Origin: Polyangiaceae bacterium
Lineage (GTDB): Bacteria > Myxococcota_A > Polyangia > Polyangiales > Polyangiaceae
DNA: 64,000 bases
Assembly: GCA_044376115.1 (NCBI GenBank)
Contig: JBILLK010000017.1
Location: 64,001-128,000 of the forward strand
Direction: 5' to 3'
Numbering within the stretch: position 1 is the first letter of the stretch; every line of letters starts with the position of its first letter. Shown piece by piece: positions 38,670-47,043 of this stretch. The notes below the pieces were generated by a model, which was not told the origin of the DNA, searched no databases, and saw only the letters and a list, made by a program, of their open reading frames with translations. A program made the position numbers and the translations under genes.

Positions 38670-39590
38670 ATGTTTCACCGCTTCCTCGCCACGATTGGCT
38701 CTCTCTTCGCGCTTGGACTTGGAGCATGCGCACCCGACAGCAGCCTGGAGGACCTCGAGCAAGCGGCAGACACTGAGAGCGACCTCTCGCTCTCGTTTGT
38801 GGTGCTCAACGTCAGCAAAAACCCGGCTCCCCCGGGCCTCACGATCCTTCGAAAGAAGTCTGAGTACGTCGAGCACTTTGGAAGCCAGCCGCCGGCCGAC
38901 CTCAACTTCAACAAGAGCTGGGTACTTCACTACTCGATGGGCGTTCAAGACACCGGCGGCTACGACGTCTCGTTTACGTCGATCGCACGGGAGGGCTCGG
39001 GAGCGAACGCACGGCTCGTCGTCCAGACCGCGGAGGAAGTACCCGGGCCCAATTGTATGGTGACGATGGCCTTGTCGAACCCGCAGGTCACCGTGAAGAT
39101 CCCCAAGCAGAACAAGAGCATCGGCTTGGACCAAACGAACCTGGTTTCAGTGCGCGATTGCGGCACGGTGCAGAACTTCTGTGCGACGGCGGAGTGTGGA
39201 CCGAACCAAGTTTGCGACGAGTTTCAGGATGCGTGCGTCGAGGAGCCGTTCTGCCCCAAGGTGAAGTGTGCAAACGGCTACGTCTGCGACGAGGATGTCG
39301 ACGCTTGCGTTGGAAGGCCGTGCGAGCCCAGCGATCCGAACAGCTGTCCGGCGAACTTCGTTTGCGACAACCAGATCGCGTGCATCACGGAGCCTTGCCC
39401 AAGCGAGTTCCGTTGTGAGCCGGCTCCGGCTCCCGTCACCTGCGCGGACATCGGTTGGGTCGGAGTGTGCGAGGGGACAGTGCTCAAGTACTGCTCAAGC
39501 AACTCGAGCAACGACATGACGACGCTCGACTGTGCACCGGGGAGCTGCGAGTTCAGCCAGGACAACCAGTACTTCGACTGCGTTCAATAA
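38670..39590 (+). CDS. Lipoprotein with a PrcB_C-like domain and Cys-rich repeats
   Basis: Lipobox LGAC; NF.K..VL..SMG...TGGY.V...C.VT.ALS.P...VKIP; Cys-rich C-terminus. GGAGG RBS. Confidence 0.75.
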   Translation: MFHRFLATIGSLFALGLGACAPDSSLEDLEQAADTESDLSLSFVVLNVSKNPAPPGLTILRKKSEYVEHFGSQPPADLNFNKSWVLHYSMGVQDTGGYDVSFTSIAREGSGANARLVVQTAEEVPGPNCMVTMALSNPQVTVKIPKQNKSIGLDQTNLVSVRDCGTVQNFCATAECGPNQVCDEFQDACVEEPFCPKVKCANGYVCDEDVDACVGRPCEPSDPNSCPANFVCDNQIACITEPCPSEFRCEPAPAPVTCADIGWVGVCEGTVLKYCSSNSSNDMTTLDCAPGSCEFSQDNQYFDCVQ

Positions 39591-39593
39591 CGC

Positions 39594-41762
39594 TCAGTTC
39601 GTTCGCGGCAGCGACTTCGCGCAGCGGAAGCCAATCCCGTGCGCGCTCGCTGTCGCGAGTTGGTGGTAGCGGAAAGCAGGGTTGACCCAACTCTCGAACC
39701 CACCATTGAAGCCACCGCCACGAATGGCCTTCTTGTCGCCGGCAGGAGCTCCCATTGGATCGACCTGCTCCTCGGCCTGGTAGATGGCGAAGTAGTCGTT
39801 GGTCCACTCCCAAACGTTGCCGACCATGTCGTTGAGACCGAACTTGGTCACGCCCTTCGGGAAGGAGCCAACCGGCGCGGTTCCCGGGAAGCCGTCGTCT
39901 TCATCGTGCATCGCGTCTGACTTCGGTTCGATGGGCCGCGCTTTCTCCCATGCGACGCACTCTTTGCCACACGCGTTCATGTGCTTCGAGTCCGCGCCTG
40001 GGTCATCACCCCAAGGGAACTTTCTACCGTCGGAGCCGCGCGCGGCGAACTCCCACTCCGCCTCGGTAGGAAGGCGCCCGCCGTTCGCCTGGCAGTAAAG
40101 ATCTGCGAGCGCCCACGAGACGCAGTTCATCGGGTGTTTCTCGCGCCCCGGCTTCACAACGTTGTTCTCACCGATGTTGCAGAGTTCGGAGAAGATCTCT
40201 CGGTTCTTCTCGTGCTGCGCCGGCGTAATCTTGTCGCTCTTCGGATAGTCAGGGACCGTAGCTGCGCGCTTGCAATCGCCCTTGTTGACGCACGCTTGGT
40301 ACTCGGCCGCAGTCACCTCATTGATGCCGATGCAATAGGGCGAAAGCGTGACCTTGTGAGCCGGCATCCAGCGAGGAAACGAGGTGTCGTCGGAGCCCAT
40401 GAAGAACTTGCCGCCTCGAATCTCGACCATTCCGGGACCACACGACGGTGGTGGAAGGGCGGCAGAAGCGGCTGGCTCAGCTGACTCGCTGGTTGCGGGT
40501 ACCACTGCGCTGGCGGAAGAGGCGGGCGCCTTGTTGGAGTTCTTTGATAGGAGCAACACGGCCGCTGCCGCGCCACCAATCACAGCGATCGCCCCGAAGG
40601 ATGCGAGCAGCCACTTGCCCTTGCCTTGAGCGGGTGGCGTCCCAGCAACCACTGCCCCGCCTGTGCCGCCCTGCGCAAAGAGCGGGGTCGTTGGAGCGCT
40701 CGGCTGTGCGCGGCTGACAGGACCGGTCGTATCAACCGAAGGTGGCCGCGTGCCGCCGGTAGATCCGGAATACCCGCCGGACGTCATGCCGCCGGACGTC
40801 ACGGGAGACCAAAGCGGTGAGCCAGGGAAGGCAGCCCCATGAAGGTCAGCCCAAAACTGACCGGCGGTTTTGTAGCGGTCGTGGGGTGCAACCGCGAGGA
40901 CCTTGCGAAACACTCGCTCAACGTCATCGCTGACCTCCACGCCAAAGGCGCGCGGAGTGGGACGAACGCTGGTATCGCGACTCGCAACCGCAAGCTGGAT
41001 GTAGTCGTCTCCCTGGAGGGCTGGGATGCCACCGCGCAGCATCTCAACCATGATCAAGCCGAGCGAGAAGACGTCGGTCCAAGGACCGGTTGCGCCATGT
41101 GAACGACTGAACTGCTCCGGCGCCCCATAGTTCGGCGTGAAGGCGGTGATCTCTTTTCCGGTCTGGGCGAGCGACGTCGCCAGTTGTGCGTGCTCCGCCA
41201 TCACCTTGGCGATGCCAAAGTCGAGAATCTTTACGAACGCGCCCGAACCTCGTGGATCGCCGATCACAAAAAGATTCGCCGGCTTGATATCGCGATGCGC
41301 GATGTTCTGTTGATGCACGACCTCCAGTGCACTGGTCACGGGCTCGAGCAACGCCATCACGTCAAAGATCGAACGAGCGGGAAACCCGCGTTCTCGCTCT
41401 TCGTAGAGGATGCGGTCGAGCGGTCGCCCTTCGAGCCACTCGAGCACCATGAAGGGCACCTGCGCGCCAGTGCGCGGAGAGGTGAGCGACCCGACGTCAC
41501 GCGCTTGGACGATCGCCGCCGTTCGGCTGGAGAGCGCCGTCATCAGCTTGCCCTCCTGAATGAAGCCGTTGAGCAACTCTTGCCGCATCTGCGGGGGAAC
41601 GTTGGCGAGCGCGTTGAAGCACTTGAGTGCGACCGGCTGCTTCCAGATGATGTGCTCAGCGCGGTAGACGATGCTGAAGCCACCCTCACCGATCACCGAA
41701 TCGACCCGATACTTTTGGTCGACTACCGACCCGATCAATCCGAGTGCGTCTTGCCCGCTCAT
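39594..41762 (-). CDS. Membrane Ser/Thr protein kinase with an extracytoplasmic FGE-sulfatase (SUMF1-like) domain
   Basis: GEGGFS, VALK, HRDIKPAN, DFG and APE; TM segment; RLPTEAEWEFAARG, GNVWEW and GFRCA. Confidence 0.93.
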   Translation of the reverse strand: MSGQDALGLIGSVVDQKYRVDSVIGEGGFSIVYRAEHIIWKQPVALKCFNALANVPPQMRQELLNGFIQEGKLMTALSSRTAAIVQARDVGSLTSPRTGAQVPFMVLEWLEGRPLDRILYEERERGFPARSIFDVMALLEPVTSALEVVHQQNIAHRDIKPANLFVIGDPRGSGAFVKILDFGIAKVMAEHAQLATSLAQTGKEITAFTPNYGAPEQFSRSHGATGPWTDVFSLGLIMVEMLRGGIPALQGDDYIQLAVASRDTSVRPTPRAFGVEVSDDVERVFRKVLAVAPHDRYKTAGQFWADLHGAAFPGSPLWSPVTSGGMTSGGYSGSTGGTRPPSVDTTGPVSRAQPSAPTTPLFAQGGTGGAVVAGTPPAQGKGKWLLASFGAIAVIGGAAAAVLLLSKNSNKAPASSASAVVPATSESAEPAASAALPPPSCGPGMVEIRGGKFFMGSDDTSFPRWMPAHKVTLSPYCIGINEVTAAEYQACVNKGDCKRAATVPDYPKSDKITPAQHEKNREIFSELCNIGENNVVKPGREKHPMNCVSWALADLYCQANGGRLPTEAEWEFAARGSDGRKFPWGDDPGADSKHMNACGKECVAWEKARPIEPKSDAMHDEDDGFPGTAPVGSFPKGVTKFGLNDMVGNVWEWTNDYFAIYQAEEQVDPMGAPAGDKKAIRGGGFNGGFESWVNPAFRYHQLATASAHGIGFRCAKSLPRTN

Positions 41763-43498
41763 GAGCGCTTCATCCTATCTGGTTCTGCCATTGGCGCCCG
41801 CCCCAAGAGGACCCCTCGTTGCGCTAAATCTGCCAAGAATTGGCTGGTCTCGGTGAGCCCATCGGTCGTGAAGGCAGAACCAGCATCGACGAAGGCCTGC
41901 TGGATTGCGGACGCGAGAGGCTCGCCGGCTTGCAGCTTCTCAACCAGGTTCGCCGCGACCTCGGAGAGCGATAACCAACGCAGCTCGTCCTGCTTGTCGC
42001 GATAACAGAGCAGTTGGGTCGGGCGCTGCGACGGCGCGGCGGAGCTTTTTACGTCCTGCACCGCATGTCCATAGCGCTCAACGGACAGCGCAGGCAAAAG
42101 AGCCACCGGTCGTTCGACCTCGAGGTCTTGGTACGTGCGCGAAACAGGGTCAGGTTTTGCTGCGACCTCAAAGCTCACGAGCTCGTAACGCGCGAGATCT
42201 CCTAGAAACGCAGGCGCTGCTGCATCCGCCCTCCACTTGGGCGCGATGAACTCGAGGAACATTCGCGCAACATCGCGAAGGAACGGAGACTGGGGCAAGC
42301 CATTCTCCACGAACGCGTGCACGTCATCCGAGAACGCAGCACCACGCAAGGCGGCGGCCTCGGGCATCTGCGTTCGCACAGCATCGAGCAGCCCTTGGCG
42401 CACGAGCGAGCGATAAAGGAAGAATCTGTTCGGTGGGAGCGCCTGCAGGGCAACGAGATCCTCTGAAGCGAGCCCGTCGACGAGGCAGCCGTCGCGATGC
42501 GGCGTATGGAACTCCACGCTGCGCACCATTGATTCGACGATCGCAGGCAAACGCTTAGGGACTGACGGAACTCCCCCTGCTACGGCGCCGCTGGGCGCGG
42601 GGCTCTCCGAGAACCTGACGTCGCTAGCCTGGGTCGCGCGCAGGTAGACCTCTCGCAGCACGGCGACCTCACGCAGGAGTTCGGCCAAGGGTGGGATCCT
42701 CGAGTCCCGCTCGAGCAGCACGGGCACTGGGCCTGTTCGACGCAGCGTGTGCTCGAGCAGCCGCAAAACCTCGTCCGAAACAGCAGCACCGTGCGTGTCG
42801 ATGATGCAGCCAGCCGTGTGGCTGAAATCGTGACCGGCCACGTGCAACTGAACCACCCGCTCGATCGGAAGTGCGTCGATGAAGGCGAACGGGTCTGTGC
42901 CGAAATTCCTGGCGTTAACGAAGACGTTGTTGACGTCGAGGAGCAGGCCACAGTCGGCTTCCGACAACAGCGCCGAGAGAAACTCTGCCTCGGACAAATC
43001 CGAACGTCCGGGGGCGAAGTAGTAGGAAATGTTCTCCACCGCGATCGGCCGGCCCAGTCGTTCGCGAGCCTCGCGCACCGAAGCGGCGACCTGGTGCACC
43101 GACTCCTCGATGAACGGCAGCGGAAGTAGGTCGTGCGTGAAGCGACCCTGGGTTGCGCTGAAGCACAGATGGTCGGAGTGAAACGGTGGCGCCAAACGGG
43201 ACAAAAACGCCTTCAACTCGTCGACGTAGGCCAGTCCACCTCCTAGCGGTCCGTCGTTGCCGAACGACATCGTTAGACCGTGCGTGAGCACCGGAAAACG
43301 TTCGGCCAAAGCAAACAAGGAGCGCGGGACCGCACCACCGCGACGCATGTAGTTTTCGGGACAGACCTCGAGAAACTCCAGCGCAACGCTCTCGCCGCTG
43401 GCGACGAGTTCAGCGAGCTCATCCAGAAACGAGTAACGGAGCCCCAAACCGACTCCCGTCGGCCCGCGGACTCCGTCACGAAGGGACATGGCGTTCAT
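41759..43498 (-). CDS. MNIO (DUF692; MbnB/TglH/ChrH/HvfB/BufB family) RiPP maturase fused to a DUF2063 (HvfC/BufC-like) partner domain
   Basis: GVGLGLR, EVCPENYM, HG..MS.G, SDHL, DLLPLP, VENISYY, LLDVNN, HVAGH, IDTH and LERD. C-terminal half: LYR.LV...SPFL...F..F...DLARYE. Start 43498 or 43489. Confidence 0.92.
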   Translation of the reverse strand: MNAMSLRDGVRGPTGVGLGLRYSFLDELAELVASGESVALEFLEVCPENYMRRGGAVPRSLFALAERFPVLTHGLTMSFGNDGPLGGGLAYVDELKAFLSRLAPPFHSDHLCFSATQGRFTHDLLPLPFIEESVHQVAASVREARERLGRPIAVENISYYFAPGRSDLSEAEFLSALLSEADCGLLLDVNNVFVNARNFGTDPFAFIDALPIERVVQLHVAGHDFSHTAGCIIDTHGAAVSDEVLRLLEHTLRRTGPVPVLLERDSRIPPLAELLREVAVLREVYLRATQASDVRFSESPAPSGAVAGGVPSVPKRLPAIVESMVRSVEFHTPHRDGCLVDGLASEDLVALQALPPNRFFLYRSLVRQGLLDAVRTQMPEAAALRGAAFSDDVHAFVENGLPQSPFLRDVARMFLEFIAPKWRADAAAPAFLGDLARYELVSFEVAAKPDPVSRTYQDLEVERPVALLPALSVERYGHAVQDVKSSAAPSQRPTQLLCYRDKQDELRWLSLSEVAANLVEKLQAGEPLASAIQQAFVDAGSAFTTDGLTETSQFLADLAQRGVLLGRAPMAEPDRMKRS

Positions 43499-43515
43499 GA
43501 ACTCGAGCCAAATTC

Positions 43516-43548
43516 AAAAAGGAGCACGGGGCCTTTGGCCGGTTCTCC
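43516..43548 (-). terminator. Imperfect intrinsic terminator between the precursor and maturase genes
   Basis: mRNA GGAGAACCGGCC-AAA-GGCCCCGUGCUCC followed by UUUUU; the stem has two mismatches and a bulge. Confidence 0.6.
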
Positions 43549-43582
43549 TACAGAGGGCCCGAGTCATGCGGTGCACGTTGAA

Positions 43583-43948
43583 TCAGCCGCAGGAGCCTTC
43601 GCCGCACTTCGACTCGGCGCCCTTCTTCTTCGGCTTGGTTCCGCCGCCTACCTTCTTCGGCGTCGGGGCAGCGGCCGAAGCGACAGCGGAGGGAACCGCT
43701 GAAGGCGCTGCGCTAGCGGCCGCAGTTGCGGCCGGAGCGGCGTCCGAAACCGGGGCTGCATCCGCCGTTGCCGCAGCGTCAGGGGCGACCTCAGGGGTCT
43801 CCTTCGCGGGTTCGGTGAGCTCGCCTCCCGCAGGCTGCGCGTCGACCTCGGTCGCATTGACCGGCTTCTGGTTGCTTGCACAACCAGCCATAAGCGCCAC
43901 GCCGCCGAGGACGGCGAGAGTTTCGGAAATCGACTTCAGGCTCAGCAT
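43583..43948 (-). CDS. Putative RiPP precursor lipoprotein (HvfA/oxazolin-like C-terminal Cys motifs)
   Basis: GAGGTG RBS before ATG 43948; signal peptide with lipobox LMAGC; Ala/Pro/Glu linker; Lys patch; C-terminal ESKCGEGSCG. Directly upstream of the MNIO gene. Confidence 0.85.
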   Translation of the reverse strand: MLSLKSISETLAVLGGVALMAGCASNQKPVNATEVDAQPAGGELTEPAKETPEVAPDAAATADAAPVSDAAPAATAAASAAPSAVPSAVASAAAPTPKKVGGGTKPKKKGAESKCGEGSCG

Positions 43949-44045
43949 TGGGTTCACCTCAGAAAATGGTCGGCTGACCCGAGATGGTTGGCCGCCGCTT
44001 GATTCTTCAGCGCCGGGAGGAGGCGCAGTGTTGGGTGCATTCTAC

Positions 44046-44071
44046 TACGACGATCCCCCCATCGCAGTTTC
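44046..44071 (-). promoter_or_regulatory. Possible ECF-type promoter for the precursor gene
   Basis: Minus strand GAAAC-N17-CGTA about 100 nt upstream of the start. Generic match only. Confidence 0.3.
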
Positions 44072-44149
44072 AGAAATTGCGTCGGAGGCTGCTCACGAGC
44101 CAACTTCAGGGTAATACTCCGCCTTACGTCGCTCGAAGCCAGCGGAACA

Positions 44150-44470
44150 ATGACAAACCTTTTGCGCCTTCTCGGGATTGGGCTTTGGGCCGTGAGCTTG
44201 AGCGTCTCGCTCGGGAGCGGCTGCGAGAAGAAGCGTGCTTGCGCGGAGGAGTGTCACTGCAAACAGCGCGGACTTTGCCAAGAGCGCAAAGGGGAATGTG
44301 TGGCTGGGGACGATAGCCACTGCAAGCGCTCGAACGTTTGCAAAGTCATGGGGCGCTGCGGAGAAGAAAACGGCCACTGTGTTGCAGTGGCCGCCCTCGA
44401 TTGTGAGGCCTCGGAGCTGTGCAAGAAAGCCGGTGCTTGCACGCTCCGTGGCGATGTCTGTGCTCGCTAA
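44150..44470 (+). CDS. Small Cys-rich repeat lipoprotein
   Basis: Signal peptide ending GSGC; 14 Cys; three C-x5-C-K-x2-G-x-C-x6-C repeats. Confidence 0.8.
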   Translation: MTNLLRLLGIGLWAVSLSVSLGSGCEKKRACAEECHCKQRGLCQERKGECVAGDDSHCKRSNVCKVMGRCGEENGHCVAVAALDCEASELCKKAGACTLRGDVCAR

Positions 44471-44471
44471 A

Positions 44472-46835
44472 TCAGTCGACTGGCGTTGCCTCGGTGCCAG
44501 ACCGTTGAACCTCCGAAGGCATGTTGTCGGACTCGAGAGCGGCCTCGAGTACCTTGCGCATATCGTCGGCGAGGATGAACTCGATCTGACTGCGAACGTC
44601 TGCCGGCACATCATCGAGGTCCCGTTCGTTGTCACGAGGCAGGATCACCCGAGTGATGCCCGCACGGTGTGCGGCAAGGACCTTGGACTTGATCCCGCCG
44701 ACGGGCAAGACGCGGCCACGCAGAGTGCATTCGCCGGTCATGGCCGTGTCCGACCTGACGCGACGGCCGGACAAGAGCGACGCCAGCGCCGTAAAGATCG
44801 TCACACCGGCGCTTGGCCCATCCTTCGGGATTCCGCCGGCCGGCACGTGAATGTGCAGGTCCGCATCCTCTAGGACTTCGGCCGCGAAGCCGAGCTCATC
44901 GGCGTGCCCCTTGACGAAAGTCAGCGCTGCACGGGCGCTCTCCTTCATCACGTCACCGAGCTGACCGGTGATCTCGAGTTTGCCTTTGCCCTTGGTTCGG
45001 GAGGTCTCGATAAAGAGGATTCCCCCACCCACTGGCGTCCAGGCGAGCCCCGTCGCTACCCCCGGAACGCTGGTCCGCTCACGGACCTCGTTTCGGTACT
45101 TGGGCTTACCGAGAATCTGTTCAACCTGAGGCTCGTCGATCCGTACGCGAATCTCCGAGTCGTCCTTCTTGCGAGCCACGTCGAGCGCGACGTGACGAGC
45201 GATGCGGGTCAACTCCCGATCGAGCTGACGAACCCCAGCCTCACGCGTGTACTTGGTGATGACCTCCAGAATGGCGTCATCGGTGATGGTGAGCGCTCCT
45301 TCCGGAATGCCCGATTGCGATAAACGCCGCGGCAGCAGGTGCCTTACGGCAATCGCCTGCTTCTCGGGGGCTGTGTAGCCGGTGAGCTCGACGATCTCGA
45401 GGCGATCTCGAAGCGGCGCGCTGAGTGTGTCGAGCGTGTTCGCCGTACACAGGAAGAACACCTGCGAAAGGTCAAACGGGAGCTCGAGGTAGTGATCGGT
45501 GAAGGTCTTGTTCTGCTCCGGGTCGAGCACCTCGAGCAACGCCGATTCGGCTGCAGCGCCCCATTGCTGGGAGAGCTTGTCGATCTCGTCGAGCAGCATC
45601 ACCGGGTTGTTGACCCCAGCTTTACGTAGCCCGTGAACGATGCGGCCGGGAATTGCGCCAACGTACGTCCGTCGATGACCGCGCACCTCCGCTTCATCTC
45701 GAACGCCGCCCAGCGAAACCCTCACGAACGGCCTTCCCGTCGCCGCAGCGATCGATTCGCCGAGCGAGGTTTTACCTACGCCGGGAGGCCCTACCAAACA
45801 CAGGATCGTCCCGCGCTCGCTCTTCGAAAGCTTGCGCACCGCCATATGCTCGAGAATGCGCTGCTTTACGTCTTCGAGGCCAAAGTGGTCCTCGTCCAGC
45901 TTGGCCGAAATCGCGTCGATATCTTCCTTGGTCTTGGCCTGAGCGGACCACGGCAGCGCCGCGATCCATTCGAGATAGGTGCGGATCACGGTGGCCTCTG
46001 CGCCCTGCCCACCCGATTGCTCAAAGCGGGAGAATTCGCGGGCCACGACCTCCTTCGCCTCGTCGGGGAGGTTCGCCTTGTCGAGCTTTTCTCGAAGCCG
46101 CTCGAGCCCGTCCTCCTTCTCCTCGCCCAACTCCTTGCGAATAGCCCGCATCTGCTCCCGGAGGAGGTGCTCACGTTGGTTCTTGGAGAACTCGCGCCGC
46201 ACGTCTTCACCAATCTTTTGACGCAGTTCGCCGAGCTCCTTCTGCTCGTAAACCAGCGCCAACAACTTGCGCAGACGCTGCGGAACGTCCGCCGTCACGA
46301 GCACCTCGAGGGCCTTGTGGGATTCCACGCCCAGGAGCGAAGCGACCTTATCCGCGAGTGCGCCTGGCTTGCTGAGCCAACGATCGGCTTCATCCAACGC
46401 CTTGGTGCGGGGGACCTGCTTCAGCGCATCCACCAGCTCCTCGGCCAGCACCTTCGCTTCAGGAGAGCTGCCATTCTCCTCGAGAACCGCGTGACCCAAA
46501 GCCTCCAAGAAGGGCTCATACGCCACCACGCGATCGACCGAGAATCGCGATAGACCTTCAACCGTGACGCGAAGGGCCTCCCCCGCGGTGCCCGACTTCG
46601 TCGACTTCGTGAGCCGCGCGAGCGTCCCAACGGCGTGGAAATCACTCACAACAGGGTCCTCCACCCGAGGATCGAGTTGCGTCACAATACCCACGAGTTG
46701 CCCTGGCTTGAGGGCTTGCACCAACGCGAGGCTACGCTCGCGCCCAACCGTGAGCGTCATCGTGCCCTCGGGCAGAAGCACACCCGAGCGCAAAGGAAGA
46801 ATCGGGATCGGACTCTCGAACGTGGGACTGTTCAT
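44472..46835 (-). CDS. lon: ATP-dependent protease La
   Basis: Lon_N domain, GPPGVGKT, RGHRRTYVGA, LDEIDK, PKDGPSAG and PVGGIKSK. Confidence 0.97.
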   Translation of the reverse strand: MNSPTFESPIPILPLRSGVLLPEGTMTLTVGRERSLALVQALKPGQLVGIVTQLDPRVEDPVVSDFHAVGTLARLTKSTKSGTAGEALRVTVEGLSRFSVDRVVAYEPFLEALGHAVLEENGSSPEAKVLAEELVDALKQVPRTKALDEADRWLSKPGALADKVASLLGVESHKALEVLVTADVPQRLRKLLALVYEQKELGELRQKIGEDVRREFSKNQREHLLREQMRAIRKELGEEKEDGLERLREKLDKANLPDEAKEVVAREFSRFEQSGGQGAEATVIRTYLEWIAALPWSAQAKTKEDIDAISAKLDEDHFGLEDVKQRILEHMAVRKLSKSERGTILCLVGPPGVGKTSLGESIAAATGRPFVRVSLGGVRDEAEVRGHRRTYVGAIPGRIVHGLRKAGVNNPVMLLDEIDKLSQQWGAAAESALLEVLDPEQNKTFTDHYLELPFDLSQVFFLCTANTLDTLSAPLRDRLEIVELTGYTAPEKQAIAVRHLLPRRLSQSGIPEGALTITDDAILEVITKYTREAGVRQLDRELTRIARHVALDVARKKDDSEIRVRIDEPQVEQILGKPKYRNEVRERTSVPGVATGLAWTPVGGGILFIETSRTKGKGKLEITGQLGDVMKESARAALTFVKGHADELGFAAEVLEDADLHIHVPAGGIPKDGPSAGVTIFTALASLLSGRRVRSDTAMTGECTLRGRVLPVGGIKSKVLAAHRAGITRVILPRDNERDLDDVPADVRSQIEFILADDMRKVLEAALESDNMPSEVQRSGTEATPVD

Positions 46836-46998
46836 GGATGTTCCTGTTCACCTTCTCGGTCCCAAAACAGGGACCAGGTCACAACTGCCAGAACAAGCGC
46901 CGAGAGAGGGCTTCTCTTCCCGCGTACCTGCCGCGTCCACACAGACCGCGTCAGCACTCGTCGCAGGAAAAGCTGCTTGGCACCGGAGTTGCCGGCCG

Positions 46999-47026
46999 AA
47001 CCTAACGCGGCGTCACTGCTCGTCAA
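46999..47026 (-). promoter_or_regulatory. Possible sigma70-like promoter upstream of lon
   Basis: Minus strand TTGACG-N16-TAGGTT in the 208-nt intergenic region. Confidence 0.35.
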
Positions 47027-47043
47027 CCGCCTCGCAACGTTCC

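Noticed and set aside
39594..40440. Catalytic formylglycine-generating enzyme
   Set aside because: The RGG segment lacks the copper-binding Cys pair of true FGE, so it is treated as a non-catalytic FGE-like domain.
43488..44114. 208-aa plus-strand ORF
   Set aside because: Antisense shadow of the precursor gene, which has the RBS, signal peptide and genomic context.
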